A stretch of 64,000 nt of DNA from Lentimicrobiaceae bacterium (GTDB lineage: Bacteria; Bacteroidota; Bacteroidia; Bacteroidales; UBA4417), in NCBI GenBank assembly GCA_041660125.1, contig JBAZWY010000022.1, forward strand, positions 2,035 to 66,034, written 5' to 3'. Made by a program: the position numbers and the translations under genes. The notes beneath the pieces were generated by a model, which ran no database searches, was not told the DNA's origin, and saw only the letters and a list, made by a program, of their open reading frames with translations. Below, piece by piece: positions 46,224-54,621 of this stretch (the first letter of the stretch is position 1; the number at the start of each line of letters is the position of its first letter).

Positions 46224-47834
46224 TTAGTTGTTGAGATGGTCATTGATATATGCAGCCGACTCATATATTCCGTTTAGGAAGGATTCGAATAAAGGTGTTC
46301 CCTGCCGAACCCTGTATTCGTGGTCAAGCTGGTTTTTTCTTAAATTCATATACAGCGAATGATAGACGTTGTAATTGCGCCCTTCATCAGTTATATCAAG
46401 GTAATAACTTAGTGCAGGATTATCAGCATTGGCATTCACAGGAAGATCTGCATCAAAAAGAAGGCACGCATTGATTTGCTCTGAACATGCAGTAACCAAT
46501 TGGTAAGCCAATAATCCAGCCTGTTTATTTCCTAACAGCAAGGTATGATTGCGGTCTGCAATTGCACGATATTTCGTGCGAACCTGGGAAATAATCTGTT
46601 GAAGAATAGCGGCAGTAACAGTTTTTGTTTGCAGGGGGATTTCAACAATTAATGAAGCCGGTATTTTGCTTTCGCCAATCATAGAATTAAACAGTGACTT
46701 TATTTTTTGTGATTCTTCTTCCTGAGTATTGATATTCCGGTCGTGAAGAATAATGATGACCGGATAATTTTTTGCATCTGATAAATAGGTTGGCGGCACA
46801 GTTACGCTATATTCGATATTGGTTCCTTCGGCTTGCTCCGCAAAAATACGTTCAGCCGGAACAGTTGCTCCTGGGTTAACAGGCGCCGGATCTGCCGGAT
46901 AAGGGATATTTTGAACGGCAAAACTGATAAACCTAAGTGCCTCGGGCAATGCACCATGCCAGTAATCCCAGTTGTGAGCGCCATTCCGCACACGATATTC
47001 GTGTTTTATGTTCAGGTTGCGGAGCATGTCGTGAAGTGAATCGTTGGGTTGCGATAGGTTTTCTTCATCATCGCCGCAATCAATAAAGTAATTCTGGCCT
47101 TGTAAGGAAATGTCGTTCGGATTTGTAAAGAAATAGAAAGGATTATTCTCCTTATAATAGTCAGTTAAACGAGCAGCGCCTTTGGAACCTACACCACCAA
47201 AAATGGAACCCCATTGAATATCCCAGTTCGACTGAGGTTCATTCATATATTGCTGATCGGTGCGATAGGACATACTTAATACAACGCCGGTTTTAAATAC
47301 TGAAGGATTTTTTGCCGTTGTAATAAGAGCTCCGTAACCACCCATCGAATAACCCATTACAGCCCTGTGCTGGGGATCCTTAATTGTGTGATACAACAAA
47401 TCTATTTGTGGAATCATTTCTTTTACAAGCATATTCATATATGGGAAAGCGCCATCGTATTGATCGACCCAATAGGAATTAAAACCCTGTGGCATCACAT
47501 AAATCATGGGGATTTTCCCGGCATCATCTGCATCAACATAATTTTGGATATCGCCCCATGTATACCACGCAGTCTCATCATCACCGAAGCCATGTAGCAG
47601 GTATACAACAGGGTACTTCGAATTCAGTGTGTCATATTCTTTCGGTAACAGAACCGTGTATTTAATCTGGCGGTTGAGGAGCTGGCTTTTCAATGTTCGT
47701 TCAGTCAATAAGCGTATTAAGGGCGGCTTGTGAGGAGCAGTAGGATCCGGTTCCGGCTTACAACCAGACAACCCCATTAAAAGGGAAAGGGAGCCGAGAA
47801 TCGCGAGTAAGCTGATGATGAAAGCTTTATGCAT
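46224..47834 (-). CDS. Lipoprotein esterase (esterase-D/CE1-like) fused to a degenerate second esterase-like domain; paralog of the preceding gene
   Basis: 536 aa with lipobox LSGC. The N-terminal domain has YLLHGFGD, GYSMGG and NGAHNW. The C-terminal copy has LGNKQAG and QGTPLF in place of the Ser and His motifs. Confidence 0.8.
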   Translation of the reverse strand: MHKAFIISLLAILGSLSLLMGLSGCKPEPDPTAPHKPPLIRLLTERTLKSQLLNRQIKYTVLLPKEYDTLNSKYPVVYLLHGFGDDETAWYTWGDIQNYVDADDAGKIPMIYVMPQGFNSYWVDQYDGAFPYMNMLVKEMIPQIDLLYHTIKDPQHRAVMGYSMGGYGALITTAKNPSVFKTGVVLSMSYRTDQQYMNEPQSNWDIQWGSIFGGVGSKGAARLTDYYKENNPFYFFTNPNDISLQGQNYFIDCGDDEENLSQPNDSLHDMLRNLNIKHEYRVRNGAHNWDYWHGALPEALRFISFAVQNIPYPADPAPVNPGATVPAERIFAEQAEGTNIEYSVTVPPTYLSDAKNYPVIIILHDRNINTQEEESQKIKSLFNSMIGESKIPASLIVEIPLQTKTVTAAILQQIISQVRTKYRAIADRNHTLLLGNKQAGLLAYQLVTACSEQINACLLFDADLPVNANADNPALSYYLDITDEGRNYNVYHSLYMNLRKNQLDHEYRVRQGTPLFESFLNGIYESAAYINDHLNN

Positions 47835-47843
47835 TCTGTTTGG

Positions 47844-49436
47844 TTATTTTTTGTCAGGATTAAGTATTTCCAGGGGTTTATCAGCGTAAACCACATAGGA
47901 TTTCTCAGTTATCCGGAAAACCGGGTTCTGATTTACCCATTTAATTTCAAGTTTATGATCACCATTTTCCAACATGTATTTATAAAAGATGTCGTATTTG
48001 CGGACGATGTAATCATACGGCATCTTAACCTGCTCAACTTTTGCACCGTCGATATATACATCCAGCAAAGCAACGAAATCACTCTTCTCAACACCACACT
48101 GGCTCTTAACATTCCCCAAAACGACTATGCCATTCCCGGTAAAGTCAATCTTAATACTTTCGTCCAGGTGATCCTTCCTCACTAAAAGCTGCTTGGTTGG
48201 ATACATTCCTTCAAAGGATTGCTCAAACCTCAATGGTTCGGGTTTTTGAATTTTAAGTATAACGCTGTCATTTTTAACCTCACCCCCATTTTTTTCAATT
48301 TGCTCAATCGCATGTTTATAACTCAGTGCATACACCTGGTTCAGCGTGAGGTTAGAATAGGGGAATTTCATATCCTGCACCTTCTCAACAGCCGGTTTCC
48401 AGAAAGCAGGAATTTTATCATACCCCAGGATAACACCCAGGATACCACCCGCAGTTGCCGGGTTACAATCCGAATCCTCTCCGCAGCGTGTTGCAATATC
48501 AATGGTTTTATAGAAATCCTTATTGCCATACAAAAGCCCTATCACCACATAAGCAGCATTAACGCTGGCGTCGATATTGAATGAATTAAAAACTCCTTCG
48601 GGGCAACCTTTTTCGGAAGTATGTTTCTTTTGAAATTCAAACCAGCATTGTTTCCAGTCGTCCGGATACTGCTTGTGCCATTTAATTACATCGCTGATAG
48701 ACTGATAAAACTTACTCTTTTCAGGAATTGGTTTTAATCCCTGTTCGATAATCAAATCCAGATCATCAGAATAGAAGGCTGTTGCATACATGCCGGCCAT
48801 AAAAACGCCACCATACCAACCGTCGCCGTAATTTGTAATATGACCGGTGCGGTCGCATATTTCGGCAGCTGTATTGATCAAACCTGGCGACATCATCCCG
48901 GCAAAGTCTGATTCGATCTGGAAGTCAATATCATCGGCATGGGGATTATTCATCCAATAGCCGGAAGCGGGAGGCTTGATTCCGTTCAAAATATTGTAGC
49001 GGGCCGCCTGGTTGGCATGCCATAATTTATAAGGAGCGTGAGCAAAGCTTTCTGCAAATGAATCAGCTGGCGCATCAAACCCGCATCTTTCTATAACTTC
49101 AATAAAAGACAAATCCATATACACATCGTCAAATAAACCCGGATCCGACTCAAATAATTCTCTGATATAATCGTCGTACCAAACTATAGGTTGATAATCC
49201 TGTATCATGGATCCTTTAAACTGGAATTCAGTAGGACCGCCATACGTGCAGCCGATTGTTTGTCCAGCCCAGCCACCTTTTATCTTGTCTTTCAGCGCAT
49301 CTGCTGATATTGCGACCTTCTCGGGCAGTATTGTTGTCTGCATATTACTGCTACTACATGATGGTTGAAGTAGTAAGGCCGATAGAATAAGCAGCACGGC
49401 AGATATCAGAATCAGAAAAGGTATTCCTTTTTTCAT
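47844..49436 (-). CDS. Exported ADP-ribosylglycohydrolase (ARH/DraG)-fold protein with a C-terminal beta-sandwich domain (lipoprotein)
   Basis: 530 aa with lipobox QPSC. ARH-like motifs are present: GGWAGQTIGCTYGGPTEF, FDDVYMD and CGEDSDCNPATAGGILGVILGY. Confidence 0.75.
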   Translation of the reverse strand: MKKGIPFLILISAVLLILSALLLQPSCSSSNMQTTILPEKVAISADALKDKIKGGWAGQTIGCTYGGPTEFQFKGSMIQDYQPIVWYDDYIRELFESDPGLFDDVYMDLSFIEVIERCGFDAPADSFAESFAHAPYKLWHANQAARYNILNGIKPPASGYWMNNPHADDIDFQIESDFAGMMSPGLINTAAEICDRTGHITNYGDGWYGGVFMAGMYATAFYSDDLDLIIEQGLKPIPEKSKFYQSISDVIKWHKQYPDDWKQCWFEFQKKHTSEKGCPEGVFNSFNIDASVNAAYVVIGLLYGNKDFYKTIDIATRCGEDSDCNPATAGGILGVILGYDKIPAFWKPAVEKVQDMKFPYSNLTLNQVYALSYKHAIEQIEKNGGEVKNDSVILKIQKPEPLRFEQSFEGMYPTKQLLVRKDHLDESIKIDFTGNGIVVLGNVKSQCGVEKSDFVALLDVYIDGAKVEQVKMPYDYIVRKYDIFYKYMLENGDHKLEIKWVNQNPVFRITEKSYVVYADKPLEILNPDKK

Positions 49437-49444
49437 TGTGGTGT

Positions 49445-51085
49445 CTATTTAGGCAAATTACTTTCAGGCTTTTTTTCCGAATAAACCATAATATCATTGA
49501 TCCTGATTTCGTATTCAGGTTTAGGATTGATCCATTTGAGTCTCACATTGTGGCTTCCTTCGGTAAGCTGGTATTTCCAGGCCGGCTCAAGGCGGCGGGA
49601 AGTGTTTTTCATAGGTAATTTTACATGCTCATCAAGTTTCCCATCGATATATACATCAAGTTCAGCAACATAAGGATCGTTGGGTTCGGCTAGGCCAAAT
49701 ACTTCCGATCCAACCCGTTTCGAAACGCGATCGATATAATCTTTATCAATTTTCGAGTTCTTAACGAGGTTTCCATAGAAAATATATCCATTCCCGGTAA
49801 AGTCGTACGAAAGTTCATCGGTAAAGGATTTGTCGTACCTGTCGCGGAAAGTTGGAAAAGTCTTCTCAAAATTCTGTTCAAATGCAACCGGAACCGGCGC
49901 TGCATAAGGAATAACAATTTTATCACCTTCAACAGTTCCACCGGCAAGAGTAATCATCTCCAATGCTTGTTTAAAGCTCATTGCATATGCTTTATTCAGC
50001 GACATATCTGTTCCTTCAAAATCCAGTGGTTCAATTTCCTGAAGCGGTTTCAGCCAAAATGCCGGGATATGCGAATAACCCACCATTACACCCAAAACAC
50101 CACCTACTGTACCAGCATCAGAATCAGAATCCTGTCCGCAATGCGCAACAATATCAACTGATTTTGTGAAATCACCTTTACCATACAAAAGGCCGATTGC
50201 AACATAAGCTGAATTAATTTTTGCATCAATATCAAAGGATAAAAACACACCTTTCGGGCATCCTACGTCGTTATTCCATTTTTTCTGCAGTTCGAACCAG
50301 GTTGCTTTCCAGTCAGTTGGATATTGCTTGTGCCACTTAATGACATCCGCAATACAATCATGAAACTGGGTTCCTTCAGGAATTGTTTTAATTGCCTGTT
50401 CTACAATTTCATTTATATCATTCGAGATAAATGCCGTTGAATACAATGCCGAAACAAAAACGCCGCCATACCACCCATCACCGCTGTTCATGATATGCCC
50501 AACTCGATTGGCAATTTCAGTTGCTGAATTCACCATTCCCGGAGCCATCAGACCAATAAAATCGGCTTCGATTTCGAAATCAATATCATCGGCATGCGGA
50601 TTGTTTTTCCAGTAGCCTGATTTTGGAGGCATAATGCCGTTCAGGATATTATATCTCGAAGCCTGGTTAGCATGTGCAAGATGGTATGGTGTTGATGCCC
50701 AGTGATGTGCAATGGTGTCCATAGACACATTTAACCCGTACTTTTCGAAAACTTCGACAAAATTCATATCAGTGTAGATGTCGTCAAACAGTCCCGGTTT
50801 TTTATCATACCAGTATTTCACATATCCATCGCGCCATGGAATATTCTGATAATCAGGAATAAGTGATCCCAGGTATTTGAATTCAACAGGAGCGCCATAT
50901 ACCACACCGATAGTTTGTCCGGCCCAGCCGCCTTTAATTTTGTCTTGCAGCTGTTCTTTTGTAAAAGTATTTTGAGTCAATGCTTCTTTATTGCCTGTTT
51001 CTTTCTGTTTACAGGAAACTGACATAGTTAGTAACAAAACTGAAACAAACACAAATCGAAAAGTCCTACAGATTATATTTTGCAT
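49445..51085 (-). CDS. Exported ADP-ribosylglycohydrolase-fold protein with a C-terminal beta-sandwich domain (lipoprotein); paralog of 47844-49436
   Basis: 546 aa with lipobox SVSC. Motifs GGWAGQTIGVVYGAPVEF, FDDIYTD and CGQDSDSDAGTVGGVLGVMVGY are present. Confidence 0.75.
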   Translation of the reverse strand: MQNIICRTFRFVFVSVLLLTMSVSCKQKETGNKEALTQNTFTKEQLQDKIKGGWAGQTIGVVYGAPVEFKYLGSLIPDYQNIPWRDGYVKYWYDKKPGLFDDIYTDMNFVEVFEKYGLNVSMDTIAHHWASTPYHLAHANQASRYNILNGIMPPKSGYWKNNPHADDIDFEIEADFIGLMAPGMVNSATEIANRVGHIMNSGDGWYGGVFVSALYSTAFISNDINEIVEQAIKTIPEGTQFHDCIADVIKWHKQYPTDWKATWFELQKKWNNDVGCPKGVFLSFDIDAKINSAYVAIGLLYGKGDFTKSVDIVAHCGQDSDSDAGTVGGVLGVMVGYSHIPAFWLKPLQEIEPLDFEGTDMSLNKAYAMSFKQALEMITLAGGTVEGDKIVIPYAAPVPVAFEQNFEKTFPTFRDRYDKSFTDELSYDFTGNGYIFYGNLVKNSKIDKDYIDRVSKRVGSEVFGLAEPNDPYVAELDVYIDGKLDEHVKLPMKNTSRRLEPAWKYQLTEGSHNVRLKWINPKPEYEIRINDIMVYSEKKPESNLPK

Positions 51086-51099
51086 GGTCTTGGTTTGAT

Positions 51100-53091
51100 T
51101 TAATGATAAACACTGAGTTCCGTTATTGAAGTAAATCCGGAAACCTGTTTGGTATATTTATTCCAGTGGTCCTGGATTTTTGCATCGCCGATAATGCGAA
51201 TTGCCTTGGTTTCGACAGGATCAAAGCTGATAACGTATTCGGCAAAGTGGGGTTGAAAAAACACAATGTCAGTCTCGGGCAAAGGTGGCGTAATTGAAGT
51301 ATTTTCAACCGGTGTCCATTTTCCGGCATCATTCAGATATTGCACGTTGAGTGAGGTAAACCATCCCCCGAATTCTTCGAGACAACCGGTATGCAAGGCC
51401 ATCATACTTATTTTTTGAGGAGTCTTCCAGCCATAGCCGTAATAATCCACTTTTGGGATTTTAGCTTTGGCAGCCAGGCTGTAAAATACAGAGCCAGGAC
51501 CGTCGATTTTACCGTCGTTTATAACTTCCACGTTCTTAGCATACATTGACTTCCCAAAAGTGTACCAGCACGAATCAAGGACTTTTTCGTTAAGCTGACG
51601 AACATTTGCCAGAATAGTATCGGCTGTCGGGGCAAAATTAGTGCCACGAACTAACAGATTGAAATCATGGGTGATTTTTTCTTTCCCGTTATCAAGCTGA
51701 AGTGTAATTTTAGAATAGCCCGAAGTTGTTGGAATACCTGTAAGCTTTCCTTTTGTAAACGTAAGACCTACTGGTAATTTACCTGCAATCATGCTCCAGT
51801 TGTAAATTTTGTTAGCCTCGGTATAGAAATTATAATCAATCGGTTTGCCAATTTCCATAATTGGCAAAGGGCCGATGCAAAATTCGACAGGAGGATTAAA
51901 AACTGCTTCGGTATTGATTGTGAGCACCTGGTTGCCTGGCTTACCAGAAAGTTTGCCACCCTTTGAAACAACCAGGTCAATAGCGGCTTTCAATGTCTGA
52001 TCAATCATCTCCGATATTTTACCATCAGGCAAATCGTATCTTGTAATGTTAATATATTTGTCGTTGAAGGGCATTTTCCACCCATCGACCGGCAAATACA
52101 GATTTTCAGGTAAGCCTTTCATCCCATAAATAACACCCATCAATCCTGCAACTGTTGCAGCCTGGTTGTCGGCATCAAAACCCATTGCACAGGAAAGGTC
52201 AAGTGTATGCTGGAAATCTCCACCGCCATATAGCATTGCCAAAACAGCACATGCACCATTCAGATTAGCATTCCAGATGGTTTTGGTCATATCAGGCTCA
52301 TCGATATAATATTTCTGAGCCATATCTTTCCTTGCAGCTTTCCAGTCATTCGGATATTTTGCATGCAAGGCAATCATTTCCCTGGCTGTAGCTGTAAACC
52401 GGCCATTGGCAGGCAATGCCTTTATTCCGATTTCAATCAGCTTATAGATGTCTTTTTCGAAATAAGCTGCGGAATACATAGCTCCGTAAAAGATTGTTGG
52501 TTCAACGCCCCAATCGTCACTGGTAATACGGGCAGCCCAATCAGATTTTGAAGCTGCATAGTTAATCATACCCGGAGCTGTAACCCCCCATATTTCGTTG
52601 ATAAGCTGAGGGTCAATCTGGAACCAGTGAGGATTCAAGGCTTTACTTCCTGTAAAAGGCGGGGTATAACCGAAATGCATCAGTCCCAAGGCGCCGCGGT
52701 TTGCAAGCCAAACCCTGTCGCGGATATGATACATCCAGGCTTCGCGGAGTTGTCCGTACGAAGGTTCAACACCAAATTTCATCATCTGGAGCAGATACAT
52801 ATATTCAACATCCGTATCGTCATCGGAAAAAGCGCCATCGTACTTTTTAAGCTTATCGATGTTTTTCGTATAACCATATGGCCAGTTTTCAGGACCGGGA
52901 GCATTGATATATTTGCCTTCATGCGGCAATCCGTAAATATTGCCAATCATCTGGCCTATCCACTCAGCAGCAATCTTGTCACGTAGTTCGCGAACTGTTA
53001 TCTTGTTTGGTTTGCTTCCATTCGAAATGAACGGAAGTAAAAACATTACAAAAACAAGATACCACACTATAAATATTTTCTTTATTTTCAT
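51100..53091 (-). CDS. Exported ADP-ribosylglycohydrolase-fold protein with C-terminal Ig-like and discoidin/F5-8-type-C-like domains
   Basis: 663 aa with a signal peptide. Motifs EWIGQMIGNIYGLPHEG, FSDDDTD and GFDADNQAATVAGLMGVIYG are present. These are followed by GKLPVGLTFTKGKLTGIPTTSG (putative Ig) and a C-terminal carbohydrate-binding-like module. Confidence 0.7.
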   Translation of the reverse strand: MKIKKIFIVWYLVFVMFLLPFISNGSKPNKITVRELRDKIAAEWIGQMIGNIYGLPHEGKYINAPGPENWPYGYTKNIDKLKKYDGAFSDDDTDVEYMYLLQMMKFGVEPSYGQLREAWMYHIRDRVWLANRGALGLMHFGYTPPFTGSKALNPHWFQIDPQLINEIWGVTAPGMINYAASKSDWAARITSDDWGVEPTIFYGAMYSAAYFEKDIYKLIEIGIKALPANGRFTATAREMIALHAKYPNDWKAARKDMAQKYYIDEPDMTKTIWNANLNGACAVLAMLYGGGDFQHTLDLSCAMGFDADNQAATVAGLMGVIYGMKGLPENLYLPVDGWKMPFNDKYINITRYDLPDGKISEMIDQTLKAAIDLVVSKGGKLSGKPGNQVLTINTEAVFNPPVEFCIGPLPIMEIGKPIDYNFYTEANKIYNWSMIAGKLPVGLTFTKGKLTGIPTTSGYSKITLQLDNGKEKITHDFNLLVRGTNFAPTADTILANVRQLNEKVLDSCWYTFGKSMYAKNVEVINDGKIDGPGSVFYSLAAKAKIPKVDYYGYGWKTPQKISMMALHTGCLEEFGGWFTSLNVQYLNDAGKWTPVENTSITPPLPETDIVFFQPHFAEYVISFDPVETKAIRIIGDAKIQDHWNKYTKQVSGFTSITELSVYH

Positions 53092-54603
53092 TTAGTTTTG
53101 CATTGGAGGGTTCTGTTGAAGAGAAGGATTTGCATTAAGTACATCCTGGGGAATAGGGAATAATTTTGCATTTGGGCCTCTTACCGGTTTATTCCACCCT
53201 GCATTACCCCAAACGCCAAAACGGATCATATCCTGCCTTCTGTGGCCTTCGAATACGAACTCGCGACCAAGTTCGTCGAGTAATCCGGTATCGGTCAAAT
53301 CCGATGCTTCCAGAGGTGCCAGCCCGGCGCGGGTCCGTATTTTCTGAAGATCGGCATTACCCAGCATTTCAGCCCCACGTCCCAGGCGGTATAAGGCTTC
53401 GAGCTTCGTGTAAAGTACATCGGCATAGCGGAACAATACAAAATCGTTATCCATATCGTATTTATCATAATCCAATACGTTTAACGCGTATTCGTATTTC
53501 CCAATGCGGGCGCCTTCCCATTTTTTACGGCTACTATAATTGATGATAGTGTCGGTGTAAATAAAGTTTGGAATGATTTTACCGGTTAAATCTTTTTGCT
53601 GTCCCCTGATAAATGATTTTTTTCGCTGGTCGTTATCGGCAAACTTATGTAAATATGGCGGCTCAGTAACAAACTCATCCCAAAACGAATTCCCGGTCAT
53701 CCCATAGGTAGCGGCACTGGAAGAGTTGAGTGTAAGCGCAAAAAAGTAAAAAAGTTGCGGAGTTAAAATAGGATCATATGGGATTACGAAAATATTCTCT
53801 TGCGAAGATTCATTTTTTATTTTGAAATTTGTAAAATAATTGTTTTCTATTTTATAACTATTAAGCGCTATCACTTTATCGCAGGCATCCACTGATTTTT
53901 GAAAGTTATCCACACCAATCCATTCCTGGGAATTGAGGTATAATTTTGCCAGTAAGGTATAAGCCATTCCCTGGGTAACACGGCCATAATATGCCGGAGT
54001 TGGAAGTTTTTGTAGTATATCAACATTAGCGAGAATCTCTTTCTCCACAAAATCAAATACAAATTTCCTGTCCTTTTGCGGAGGCAGTTCTTTACTGGTG
54101 AAATCGGTCACAAAAGGTATATTCCCCCAATTATCCATTGCCCAATAATATTCGTACGCACGTAAAATCTTGATTTCGGCAATTATCCGTTCTTTTTCAG
54201 GAAACGTAATAGATGTTTGTTCGGTTTCGTAGAGTACTTCGTTGCAGCCTGCAATGCCCTGGAAAACAGAATTCCATGCCCAGAGATTGATTTTATTGGT
54301 AGATAGGACCATATGCTGTTGTATTTGATCCCAGCGCCCGCCATCCCACACGGAGCCATCATACTTCTTAGGAGCAGCTAATTCGTCGCTCGACAATTCG
54401 TCAAGCGTCCACAGGCTGAATTCCTCCGGATAATGCTGAAGTTTGGTGTAAGCCCGCGCCGCATTCTGTAGTACAGCTTGTTCATTCACAAAGAATTGGT
54501 CGATGGTGATTTTAGAATATACTGTTTCGTCGAGCTTTGTGCATGCAACCATGCTTAACACCAGGGTTAAACATATGGCCTGTATATAGTTGAACTTTTT
54601 CAT
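53092..54603 (-). CDS. SusD/RagB-family outer-membrane lipoprotein
   Basis: 503 aa with lipobox MVACTK. It is TPR-like and helical with typical SusD C-terminal conservation (FEGHRRQDMIRFG, PIPQ). Its stop abuts the next gene's start with no gap. Confidence 0.85.
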   Translation of the reverse strand: MKKFNYIQAICLTLVLSMVACTKLDETVYSKITIDQFFVNEQAVLQNAARAYTKLQHYPEEFSLWTLDELSSDELAAPKKYDGSVWDGGRWDQIQQHMVLSTNKINLWAWNSVFQGIAGCNEVLYETEQTSITFPEKERIIAEIKILRAYEYYWAMDNWGNIPFVTDFTSKELPPQKDRKFVFDFVEKEILANVDILQKLPTPAYYGRVTQGMAYTLLAKLYLNSQEWIGVDNFQKSVDACDKVIALNSYKIENNYFTNFKIKNESSQENIFVIPYDPILTPQLFYFFALTLNSSSAATYGMTGNSFWDEFVTEPPYLHKFADNDQRKKSFIRGQQKDLTGKIIPNFIYTDTIINYSSRKKWEGARIGKYEYALNVLDYDKYDMDNDFVLFRYADVLYTKLEALYRLGRGAEMLGNADLQKIRTRAGLAPLEASDLTDTGLLDELGREFVFEGHRRQDMIRFGVWGNAGWNKPVRGPNAKLFPIPQDVLNANPSLQQNPPMQN

Positions 54604-54621
54604 GGTTTACTTCTGTTTTAA

